Positions 19,684-28,350 of a stretch of DNA of 64,000 bases are shown piece by piece. Numbering within the stretch: position 1 is the first letter of the stretch; each line of letters begins with the position of its first letter. Both the position numbers and the translations under genes were made by a program. This DNA is from an uncultured bacterium (lineage in GTDB: Bacteria; Planctomycetota; UBA8108; UBA1146). Under the pieces are notes generated by a model, which saw only the letters and a list, made by a program, of their open reading frames with translations, was not told the DNA's origin and did no database searches. The DNA lies in contig CAJXMG010000006.1 of the NCBI GenBank assembly GCA_913056395.1, positions 34,408-98,407 of the forward strand, read 5' to 3'.

Positions 19684-20985
19684 TCAGCGTGAGGGTGCTT
19701 CCTTCTGGCGGTACAGCCAAACCCAGCCATGGGTGCTGGATTTCTCCCGGTCGAATTTCCCCATCTCTTTTGCCAGTGGCCGAAACTCTTCCAGCAGCTT
19801 TTCGAGCCGCTCTTCAAGTTCTTTGGGGATGCCGCCCTCCTTGCCTACAAAGGAATTCCGCTCCTCAAAAACGGCATCCAGAGCCTCGTTCACCCGAGTG
19901 TATTCAGGCATGATCCGGGCTTTTTCAGCTTCCTGCTCAGGTGTGAGGGGTGGAAGCGTTGTATACAACCACTGGACGTCCCCCACCAACAGGTCATTCA
20001 GCCCGTCTCCGTCATGATCCACCACAAAGACTTTTGTCCTTGAACCGGCCCCCTCCGGGCCTTCTTCAAGTTTGCGTCTTTTGAATTCTTCCTTAGCGAT
20101 CAAGACCTGTTTTTCGCCGAACTCAGGCTGCTCAGTCGTCCCCAGATTGGGGTACCAATGGATCCCTCCGTATTCACTCCCCAGGACCAGATCAAGAGCA
20201 CCGTTTCCATCCCAATCCGCCATATGGGCATTGCTTCCCTTTACCGGATTGCCATTTCGGGTTTTCAGGGGCTTGGACTCCCCACTGTAGACAGGCTTTT
20301 TCCGGGTCCCCGTGTTCTCAAAGATCTCCACCGATGAGCTACGGGTTCCAAGAACCAGGTCCAGATCGCCATCCTGATCCATATCCCATGCTTCAACAGT
20401 GATGGAGTATGACTTGGATTTGAGGTCTTCCCCTTCTTGATCAGTCAGCCTGCGACCCTGAATAAAATTCCGTTCACCTTTGCACTCGAAGTAATAAATC
20501 TCCCCTGTGTACGATCCACTGAGAATATCCAGATCACCGTCGCCGTCGTAATCCACAAACTGTGGAGAAAAGCTGATACATCACGTGGACGGGATCGAAG
20601 CGAATTCCGCTCCTGCTTTCAGATACTCAAACCCCCTGTACTCCGGGGACGAAGCGGAGCCATGATTTTTGTAAATTCTCAATCTTCCCTGGGAGTAGCC
20701 ACTCGGCTCCCCGGGTTCGCTTCGATATTTGGATGGCAATCTATCCTGAGGAAATGGTTCATTTCCAAACTCGCCCACCAAAAGGTCCAACAGGCCGTCT
20801 CCATCAAAATCATGCAGATACGGAGCGGCATGCCCCACCGTGACATCGATCGGTTCTCCCGACGAGACCAGTCTCTCAGGTGATTCGAATTGGAACTGGG
20901 GTTTCTCCGCATCAGAAACCGGCCCGGAGATTAGCAGGAGAGTCAGAGTTGTATTCAACAGGGACATACACTTCTCACATTCCAC
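19684..20985 (-). pseudogene. FG-GAP/VCBS-repeat (CRTAC1-like) secreted protein gene interrupted by one in-frame TGA. Candidate pseudogene, sequencing error or recoding site.
   Basis: ORFs 20581..20985 (signal peptide plus first FG-GAP, ending ...FASIPST*) and 19684..20556 (multiple DxDGDGxxD FG-GAP repeats) are in the same frame. They are separated only by TGA at 20583..20581, after which the frame continues CISFSPQF-VDYDGDGDLD. Confidence 0.5.
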
Positions 20986-21096
20986 TCATAGAGGTTTAAC
21001 TGCACTACGAGGCATAGTAGCACTCCGAAGTGCAAAGCCACTACAGGGTACGATGGGTGAAGTTGGCAGAATTAGGAAACAAGGAAAGAAAAAGGT

Positions 21097-21173
21097 GGCA
21101 CGCCCGCCAGGACTCGAACCTGGAACCTTCGGATTAGAAATCCGATGCTCTATCCAGTTGAGCTACAGGCGCA
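21097..21173 (-). tRNA. tRNA-Arg (anticodon TCT).
   Basis: Reverse complement folds as a 77-nt cloverleaf: acceptor GCGCCTG/CGGGCGT, D-arm GCTC..GAGC, anticodon stem TCGGA/TCCGA with loop TTTCTAA, T-arm CCAGG-TTCGAGT-CCTGG, encoded CCA. Confidence 0.85.
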
Positions 21174-21299
21174 CCGAATGATCTCTTGTCTGGACTTTTG
21201 GAAGTATGCCCTGATCAGCCGGTCTTGGAAAGTGAAGTTGAACGTTTCCAAAAGAAGTCCGGAATACTGGCAAAGTCCTGCCTCACCGCCCTATGACCG

Positions 21300-21938
21300 T
21301 TATGGCTGTAGCTCGCTCAGCGACCACTGGTCACCCTCGACATCATATTGGACTCTGTCGTGAACCCGCCCGGGTTGGCCCTGCCAAAACTCGAATCGTG
21401 TCGGTACAACCCGGTAGCCTCCCCATGTTTCAGGGCATTCGATGGGGTTCTCTCCAGCGGCAAGAGATTGGAGCTGGGCCTCAAAAGAATCCCTCGAATC
21501 CATGACTGAACTCTGATGGGAAACAGCTGCTGCGGCTCTGGACAGACGAGGCCTGCTGTTGAAATAATTTTCGGTGACCTCGCGACTCGATTTTTCAACC
21601 CGCCCCTCGATGCGAACTTGTCTTTGCAGTCTGGGCCAATGAGACAAAATCGCCACATGAGGATTGGCTTCCATTTCCACCGCTTTTCTCGAAGTGTAGT
21701 CCGAGAAAAAGAAGAACCCCTCTGGCCCAAAGATTTTCAACAGCACCATTCTCAATGAGGGGGCTCCTGATTTCGTGGTGGTGGCGAGGGCAATTCTGTT
21801 GGGTTCTCCATGCCCGGCAGCCTCTTCTTCTTCATACCAGAGACGAAACTGCTCGACAGGATCGGAATGAACATTTTCTGCCCTGATAGAAGAACTTGCG
21901 AAATTGTAGTCTTGGCGGGGTGGGTAGTTTTGATTCAT
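21300..21938 (-). CDS. pdxH: Pyridoxamine/pyridoxine 5'-phosphate oxidase.
   Basis: RMVLLK, FFFFSDYTSRK, RQVRIEGRVE, YFNSRPRLSR and the C-terminal WGGYRVVPTRFEFWQGQPGRVHDR all match the PNPOx signature. Start placed at internal Met (MNQNYPP) rather than the ORF-track 22007. Confidence 0.8.
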   Translation of the reverse strand: MNQNYPPRQDYNFASSSIRAENVHSDPVEQFRLWYEEEEAAGHGEPNRIALATTTKSGAPSLRMVLLKIFGPEGFFFFSDYTSRKAVEMEANPHVAILSHWPRLQRQVRIEGRVEKSSREVTENYFNSRPRLSRAAAAVSHQSSVMDSRDSFEAQLQSLAAGENPIECPETWGGYRVVPTRFEFWQGQPGRVHDRVQYDVEGDQWSLSELQP

Positions 21939-22094
21939 GGTGCCACTTCCACTGATCAGAGCTGAAGTTGTGTCGTTCTGACTATAAATCCCCAGAATCG
22001 GAAACATCCAAGAAGTTCACAGATATACTTCACCTATGAACGGATTCCATGTGGAAGCCCCTCTTAAAAGAGGTGATTCACACTTTGCCCACTC

Positions 22095-23537
22095 TTGAAA
22101 GCCCTTGTCCACATGAATGCAGCTGCCGACAGCCTTCTGGAGAGATTTTCAGACCTTGACCTCAAGCCGTCTCTGGCACAGGCGATCGAGAGCGCGGGGT
22201 ATTCGGATCCACGACCGATTCAAGCCCAGTCCATCCCTCAGGCTCTGGAGGGTCAGGATATCCTGGGGCTTGCTCAGACAGGAACAGGCAAAACAGCTGC
22301 TTTTGCGATCCCTGCGATTGAATCCCTTCTCCGAAAGAGGGGCAAGAGCCCAAGAGTGCTGGTGATCGCCCCCACACGTGAGTTGGTTTCGCAAATCGAT
22401 GACGAATTCCGCAAACTCACGAAGGGCTCCCGCCTCAGGTCCATGACCATTTACGGTGGTGTCTCTGAAAAGCCCCAAATCGAAAAATTGCGTAAACACC
22501 CGGACATCATCTGCGCATGCCCAGGCCGATTGCTCGACCTGATGAATCAGGGGCATGTCGATCTGCAGTACATTCGCCATTTGGTTCTCGATGAAGCGGA
22601 CCACATGTTCGATATGGGATTTCTTCCGGACATCCGACGAATTCTCTCAGAGCTTCCGGCGGAACGACAAAATCTTCTTTTTGCAGCAACCATGCCACCG
22701 GAGATCCGCAAACTTGCTCAACAAATCCTGAAGAATCCGTTCGTTGCTGAAATCAATCACACTGCCCCTGCGAACACTATCGAGCATGCCCTCTACCCCG
22801 TTCCAGAAAAGCGGAAGATTGAACTGCTGAGGAAAATGCTCAAGGAGAAATCCTTCTCTTCAGCCATCGTCTTCACGCGAACCAAAAGACGAGCCCGTCA
22901 ACTGGCGGAAAAGTTGGGCAAAGATGGACACAAGGCAGTCGCTCTTCAGGGAAACATGTCCCAGAACCAGCGCGATCGGGCGATGAACGGTTTCCGAAAG
23001 GGCCAGTTCAATATTCTCGTGGCCACCGACATTGCGGCCCGTGGAATCGATGTGGCCAGTGTTTCCCATGTCGTCAATCTGGATATCCCCAATACTGCTG
23101 AAGCCTACACTCACCGAATCGGCAGAACAGGCCGATCAGAGCGGGATGGAAAAGCATTCACTTTTGTCTCTGAGGCCGATATGGACATGGTCCTGGAGAT
23201 TGAGAAAGTGATTGGACAACAAATTGAGACGATCTTTACTCCAGGCTTCGACTCTGTTGATTTTACGCGCCCGGAAAAAGGACGCAGAAGAACGGCAAAG
23301 AAAAAGACCAGCTCTGGTCCGTCGAACAGAGGTCAGGGATCAAGATCCAACCGCCAACGACGCTCCGGATCTGGTGCGAAAAGCCGCCCGAGACAGGGAA
23401 GAAACCGGAGCAGACAAAACACCGATCAGGAAAGTGGCGGTTCTGGCGCTAAAAAACGCAGAAGACCGTCAGGCAGCGGCAAGCCTGTTCGAAGAAAACG
23501 ATCTTCACGATCGTCCTCCAATACTTCTTCGCGCTGA
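22095..23537 (+). CDS. DEAD-box ATP-dependent RNA helicase (RhlE/CshA-like) with an Arg/Ser/Gly-rich basic C-terminal tail.
   Basis: Motifs AQTGTGKTAAF (I), PTRELV, TPGRLLDL, DEAD, AAT, HRIGRTGRS. C-terminal ~100 aa of low-complexity RS/RG basic tail. A hairpin-containing 5' leader lies upstream. Confidence 0.85.
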   Translation: MKALVHMNAAADSLLERFSDLDLKPSLAQAIESAGYSDPRPIQAQSIPQALEGQDILGLAQTGTGKTAAFAIPAIESLLRKRGKSPRVLVIAPTRELVSQIDDEFRKLTKGSRLRSMTIYGGVSEKPQIEKLRKHPDIICACPGRLLDLMNQGHVDLQYIRHLVLDEADHMFDMGFLPDIRRILSELPAERQNLLFAATMPPEIRKLAQQILKNPFVAEINHTAPANTIEHALYPVPEKRKIELLRKMLKEKSFSSAIVFTRTKRRARQLAEKLGKDGHKAVALQGNMSQNQRDRAMNGFRKGQFNILVATDIAARGIDVASVSHVVNLDIPNTAEAYTHRIGRTGRSERDGKAFTFVSEADMDMVLEIEKVIGQQIETIFTPGFDSVDFTRPEKGRRRTAKKKTSSGPSNRGQGSRSNRQRRSGSGAKSRPRQGRNRSRQNTDQESGGSGAKKRRRPSGSGKPVRRKRSSRSSSNTSSR

Positions 23538-23600
23538 GCAGATTACAGCCACTACCAAAGAAGAAGCCTGCCTGTTACATTTCAGCATACTCCAACAGAA

Positions 23601-24620
23601 GTGAGTCTTCTTTTGCGAATCTGTCTGTTGACCACACAGGACCTCGACGAAGATCCATTCCCGGATGACGATTGGCCCTGTGATCCCAGGCCTTTCATTC
23701 CCGAAGCGGAGTGGCATGTTGCCGTTCTCGAAGGCAAACATGATTGCCTCCCTCATGTCGAAGAATTGATCTCCCAGGATTTTGATCTTTACTTCAACTT
23801 GTGTGATGGAACCGAAGACGAAGATTCCCCTGGTATCGAGGTTATTCATGCCCTCGAGGCAGCAAAAGTACCGTTCGCTGGAGCCAGTTCTGAAAGCTAT
23901 GAACCGACACGCTCTGAAATGAAAAAAGCGTGCAAAAAATTGGGGATTGCCACACCCAAGCATGTTTTCGCAAAGAATGACGCTGATATAGAAAAAGCGG
24001 CGAAACGGCTGAGGTTTCCCCTCTTTGTCAAACACCACAACAGTTACGCCTCTGTCGATATCAGTCGCAGATCCAAGGTCATGACACCGGAGGGACTGAG
24101 GATTCAGGCGCAAAAAATCATTTCGCGTCATGGCCAGGCATTGATCGAAGAATTCATCGAAGGCAAAGAGTGCACTGTTCTGGTTGCCGAAAATCCAAGG
24201 AACCCCAATAAGCCGATTACCTATCCACCTGCACAGTACAACTTTCCTGAAGGAGACAGCTTCAAGCACTCTGATCTGAAGTGGGTTGACTACAGCGGTC
24301 TCTCCGCTGTGAAAGTGGATGACCCTGTTTTATCGAAAAGACTTCAGGACGAATCAGCCCTATTTTTCCTTGAACTCAAGGGGACCAGCTTCGGACGCTG
24401 TGATATCCGTGTCGCAGATGATGGAACGACCTACATGCTGGAGATTAATTCCAACTGCGGCATTTATTATCCAAAGGAAGACTGGAGCAGTGCGGATGTC
24501 TGTCTCTCTTTTGACCCAGACGGTCATGAGGGATTTACTCGCCTGTTGGTGAAAGCGGCTCTTGCCCGCCATCGAAGGCTCCACCGAGGCAAGGCCTCGA
24601 AAAAGCGGCAGAAGGCTTAA
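23601..24620 (+). CDS. ATP-grasp domain protein (D-Ala-D-Ala ligase-like fold).
   Basis: 339 aa. The central region resembles an ATP-grasp fold (KKLGIATPKHVF...FPLFVKHHNSYASVDIS...LIEEFIEGKECTVLV...YMLEINSNCGI). Substrate unknown. Confidence 0.5.
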   Translation: MSLLLRICLLTTQDLDEDPFPDDDWPCDPRPFIPEAEWHVAVLEGKHDCLPHVEELISQDFDLYFNLCDGTEDEDSPGIEVIHALEAAKVPFAGASSESYEPTRSEMKKACKKLGIATPKHVFAKNDADIEKAAKRLRFPLFVKHHNSYASVDISRRSKVMTPEGLRIQAQKIISRHGQALIEEFIEGKECTVLVAENPRNPNKPITYPPAQYNFPEGDSFKHSDLKWVDYSGLSAVKVDDPVLSKRLQDESALFFLELKGTSFGRCDIRVADDGTTYMLEINSNCGIYYPKEDWSSADVCLSFDPDGHEGFTRLLVKAALARHRRLHRGKASKKRQKA

Positions 24621-24659
24621 ACCAAATGGTCTCTGCTCGACAGTCGTGAGGAGTAAACC

Positions 24660-26321
24660 TCAGGGGCAGGTCGCTCCATAACTGTCGCAGCCATTCTCAA
24701 CACCTGCAGGATCTTGTCCACATTGGGGGAAAGGTGCGAGAGGCATTGCCCCACCACTGAAAAGTGATCCCAGCTTGTAAACGGCATCGGCAATATTGAT
24801 CACTTCATCATCGTTGACGTCACAGGCATCCTGACAGGTGACCGTCGCTTGGCCAAACAGATAATTCAGCGAAACGATCGCATCGGCGATGTTGAATTCA
24901 CCATTCGCATTACAGTCCCCCCGCATGAAATCGGCGTTTTCACAGTCATCGGGAATCCCATTCAGATTGCCGTCGGTACTGGTCCCATTTCCGAGATCAC
25001 AACTGTCGAGGACACCATTGAGATTACAATCCTCTGCCGCTCCGGTTGCTATCTGACAAGAATCCAGAGCCCCATCCAGATCGCAGTCCAAAGAAGAATC
25101 AACTGCGATAGAACATTCATCAAGCACACCGTTCAAATCGCAATCGGTTGATGTCCCCGAAGCCAACTCACAATCATCAGGAAGACCATCCAGATCACAA
25201 TCACTGGATACACCTGAACTGATTTCACATTCATCGAGCACGCCGTCGAGGTCACAGTCAAATGCGACACCCAAATCGATCGCACAACTGTCCAGCAATC
25301 CATCCGAATTGCAATCAGACGCAGTGCCATTGACAATTTGACAGGTATCCAGAGTGCCATTCAGATCACAATCAGAAGCCCCCGCTAAAATTTGACAACT
25401 ATCGGGGATACCATTGAGATCACAATCCTGAACGGCTCCGGAGACGATCGAACAGCTATCGGGAATCCCATCGAGATCACAATCCTGAGCTTGAGCCTGG
25501 GCGATCTCACAATCGTCAGGAAGACCATCCAGATCACAATCAGGACTGAGGCCGTCCGCGATGGCGCAGGAGTCCAGTACGCCGTCCCCATCGCAGTCCA
25601 GTGACGGCTGGCAAGGGTCTGCGATCAAATCACCATTACAGTCCACTTCGCAGATGTCCGGGATTCCATCGAGATTGCAATCCGGTAGTGCGGGGTCAAA
25701 CCCACACTCGTCGGGGACACCATCTCCATCGCAATCGACGCTGTTTCCGCCAGAAATGTCGTCACCGTCGGGAACACCGTTCAGGTTACAGTCTGTGATA
25801 AACTCAATCGTGCCGGAAACCGTTGTAGGAGTAATCTCCAGTCCCTGCATGACCACTAACAGCTCCACAGGAGGAACGTGAAGGGCAGCAGTAAATTCAA
25901 GTTGAGTCGATCCTGTCGCTGCGGGATCGACCGCATAAGTTGCTAAAATCAGTTCACGGTCTTCCCCGGCTACGAGGTCTGTGATCGGTGCAGTCAAATC
26001 AAACAGGCAACCCACAATGTAGCCTCCGCCTCCAATCGGATTCATTTCCAACATCAGATAGTCCGGGGATACACCACCCAGTGTGGCATCTTCAAGGTGC
26101 ATGCCTCTGTTCAGATCCATCAATGTCAACTGTGAGGAATCGTGGGTCACTCCAAATGAGAAAGCTTCACAATCCAGGGTGTGGTTGAGAAAGACTCTGG
26201 AGACGACGGGTAATCCGGGACTCGCCTGCACATTGGTCAACCTCAATTCTGCGCTCGGAGTTTGAGCAACAGATACTGAAGGACAGAGCAGCACCACAAT
26301 GAGAATCAGAAAGCGAAACAT
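24660..26321 (-). CDS. Secreted thrombospondin-type-3-like Ca-binding repeat protein with a C-terminal dockerin-like module.
   Basis: Signal peptide (MFRFLILIVVLLCPSVSVAQ). About 14 tandem ~19-aa units (DCDLDGxPDxCxIxxGxxx). C-terminus FMRGDCNANGEFNIADAIVSLNYLF...NDDEVINIADAVYKLGSLFSGGAMPLAPFPQCGQDP...C. Confidence 0.65.
   Translation of the reverse strand: MFRFLILIVVLLCPSVSVAQTPSAELRLTNVQASPGLPVVSRVFLNHTLDCEAFSFGVTHDSSQLTLMDLNRGMHLEDATLGGVSPDYLMLEMNPIGGGGYIVGCLFDLTAPITDLVAGEDRELILATYAVDPAATGSTQLEFTAALHVPPVELLVVMQGLEITPTTVSGTIEFITDCNLNGVPDGDDISGGNSVDCDGDGVPDECGFDPALPDCNLDGIPDICEVDCNGDLIADPCQPSLDCDGDGVLDSCAIADGLSPDCDLDGLPDDCEIAQAQAQDCDLDGIPDSCSIVSGAVQDCDLNGIPDSCQILAGASDCDLNGTLDTCQIVNGTASDCNSDGLLDSCAIDLGVAFDCDLDGVLDECEISSGVSSDCDLDGLPDDCELASGTSTDCDLNGVLDECSIAVDSSLDCDLDGALDSCQIATGAAEDCNLNGVLDSCDLGNGTSTDGNLNGIPDDCENADFMRGDCNANGEFNIADAIVSLNYLFGQATVTCQDACDVNDDEVINIADAVYKLGSLFSGGAMPLAPFPQCGQDPAGVENGCDSYGATCP
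24956..25784. repeat. Intragenic tandem repeat array (~57-nt units encoding DCDLDG-type Ca-binding repeats).
   Basis: Repeated aa unit DCDLDG(I/L/V)PD(S/D/E)C.I..G... seen about 14 times. An antisense ORF (24849..25151) is generated by the repeats. Confidence 0.6.
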
Positions 26322-26465
26322 GGGTTATAACTCCTGAAATCCACTCTCCACGCTGAGACGGATTCAACTTCGAATAACACCCGAATCCTACAACAGGGCC
26401 ATGTTTGATAATATTTGGATTTTTTCCTGATCAATGAATGTCAGGAATTTCATGTGATTCATCGA

Positions 26466-26501
26466 TGAAAAATGGGTGAGGGGCAATCAAGCCCCTCACC
26501 C
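26466..26501 (-). terminator. Probable rho-independent terminator downstream of the cytochrome c peroxidase gene (minus strand).
   Basis: Hairpin gggtgaggggc-aatcaa-gcccctcaccc, followed on the minus strand by ATTTTTCAT. Confidence 0.4.
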
Positions 26502-26525
26502 ACTTTCCATGGTCTGTGGTATTTC

Positions 26526-28094
26526 CTAATCGAGACACTCCAATAGGTCGATGGTTAGGTCAGGACCCTCGGAAAGCTCGGACGGGGCAGGAAGAGGTTC
26601 AGCCCCGTTAAACAATCGAGCAAGTAGGCGGACAGCATCAGCAACATTCAACTGACCGTCGTCGTTGGTATCGGCAGCATCCTCACAGGTAATCGGTAGA
26701 TTGTCGAAAAGGTGCTGCAATCCTGTGATGGCATCGCTGATATCCACACTTCCATCCCGGTTCACGTCTCCCCTGCGGAAGAACTTGGGCATCGACGGGT
26801 GATCGAAGGGAGGCAATGCCGCTTCAACCCTCGGGTCAGTGAGTGCCTCAAGAAACTCTACAAGGTCCAGCCTGGCACCCAGGGAAAGATTCAAAGGCGG
26901 TGTACCCGGTCCCTGCTCGGGATTCTGGAAGTCTCCACCCGCATTGTAGAAATTGACGACCTCCAAAAGTGTGTCTTTGCCCCCGTTATGGAAGTAGGGA
27001 GCCCGGAGAGCGACGTTTCGAAGGGGCGGAGTCTTGAACCTTCCCCTGTCGATTTCATTACCCGTGACCTGAAACCGCCCTGTATCCTCATTTTCGGGTC
27101 TGACACCGATATCGTGAAAAACATTGTCACTCAGAAACGGTCCTCCATGACATGGTAGGCAATTGTTGAGGAAGACGTTCATCCCCTGTTGCTGATCCGG
27201 AGTCAAAGCGTTGGGGTTGCCGTTGATGAACTGGTCGAGGGGGGTCTGGTTTGGCAGAAGCGTTCTTTCATAGGCTGCGATGGCAAATGCGATTCTCTCG
27301 GCTGTAATCTCACTGTTTCCAAATGCCATCTGAAACAGGGACGGATAGTCGGGAAACTGTGACAACGCTGTGACCATCGGTTGCGGCAGGTTGGTGGCGT
27401 ATTGCAAGGGAACCGCAGCAATCAAACGTGCACGGATGTCATTCCATGTCCGAGTCTCGCAACCCATTTCCACTTCTGAGAGCAAGGGTTCAATTGCCTG
27501 AGCCTCCAGTGCGCCCCCAGCAGGTGTCGAATTTCCTGGAATGCTGACGGTCCCCGTTTCCGGGTTGACGAACTGGGGACCAGAACGCCCATCCCAAAAG
27601 AGTGTTGGGGAATACATGGCACCGACAGTCGATTGGGACTTCCGTGAAGTCACCTGACGCTCGGTTCCAAAAATGCCCCCTCCCAAAATTTCGCCAGAAC
27701 AATCCTGATGCTGAATTCCGATGGAACCCATGACGTCGTCGGCGTTACCAAAGACACCGTCAGAACCCGGATGTCGGGTGACCTCTGCCAGAGTTCGCGG
27801 GTCACTTCCACCCGCCTCAGGGAAATGGCAAGTACCGCAGGAAACGGCACTGTCTGTTGAGAGTTGGGTTTCCCAAAAAAGGAATTTCCCCAACAACTCT
27901 TTTTCCGGCGTCCCGGGATTTTGTGCAGGCTGGGGAACCGGGGGCAGCGGCGGAATACCTCCAGGTGGAGGCGGAGGTGGAGGTGGTGGCCCCTGAGCAA
28001 TGAGTGCACTGCAGAATCCAAAACATCCCAGCAGGACGCCCAATCGAACCCATTCGGTCACCATTAGTCGACTCTGGATCAGATTTGATCGCAT
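26526..28094 (-). CDS. Di-haem cytochrome c peroxidase (CCP/MauG family) fused to a C-terminal dockerin-like module, with an N-terminal polyproline linker.
   Basis: Two CxxCH haem motifs (SCGTCHFPEAGG and CLPCHGGPF). N-terminal signal peptide then PPPPPPPPGGIPPLPPVP. C-terminus FRRGDVNRDGSVDISDAITGLQHLF...NDDGQLNVADAVRLLARLFNGAEPLP...ECLD. Confidence 0.8.
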   Translation of the reverse strand: MRSNLIQSRLMVTEWVRLGVLLGCFGFCSALIAQGPPPPPPPPPGGIPPLPPVPQPAQNPGTPEKELLGKFLFWETQLSTDSAVSCGTCHFPEAGGSDPRTLAEVTRHPGSDGVFGNADDVMGSIGIQHQDCSGEILGGGIFGTERQVTSRKSQSTVGAMYSPTLFWDGRSGPQFVNPETGTVSIPGNSTPAGGALEAQAIEPLLSEVEMGCETRTWNDIRARLIAAVPLQYATNLPQPMVTALSQFPDYPSLFQMAFGNSEITAERIAFAIAAYERTLLPNQTPLDQFINGNPNALTPDQQQGMNVFLNNCLPCHGGPFLSDNVFHDIGVRPENEDTGRFQVTGNEIDRGRFKTPPLRNVALRAPYFHNGGKDTLLEVVNFYNAGGDFQNPEQGPGTPPLNLSLGARLDLVEFLEALTDPRVEAALPPFDHPSMPKFFRRGDVNRDGSVDISDAITGLQHLFDNLPITCEDAADTNDDGQLNVADAVRLLARLFNGAEPLPAPSELSEGPDLTIDLLECLD

Positions 28095-28350
28095 GGAACA
28101 GCTCCTTTTTCGGGTAACTCTATCCTAGGCGGTCTGAAGGGATCTGACGAGGTCTCGATCGTAAATTCCCCATTGAGAGCCCTCCACCACATAGAACCCC
28201 GCAGATTATTCCGGGTTTCCAACCTGTCCCTGCAGTTTCAATAACCAGTCTCCCGCAGCTCACAAGTCGATCGTTTTTTTTACGGAATGGAGAACGAGGC
28301 CCCCAGCGCAGTCTCATTTCCGTTATCCTGTTGCATATGGGGGAAATCAA

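Noticed and set aside
20840-21181. 113-aa plus ORF overlapping the tRNA-Arg locus.
   Set aside because: It runs straight through a well-folded tRNA gene on the opposite strand. It is spurious.
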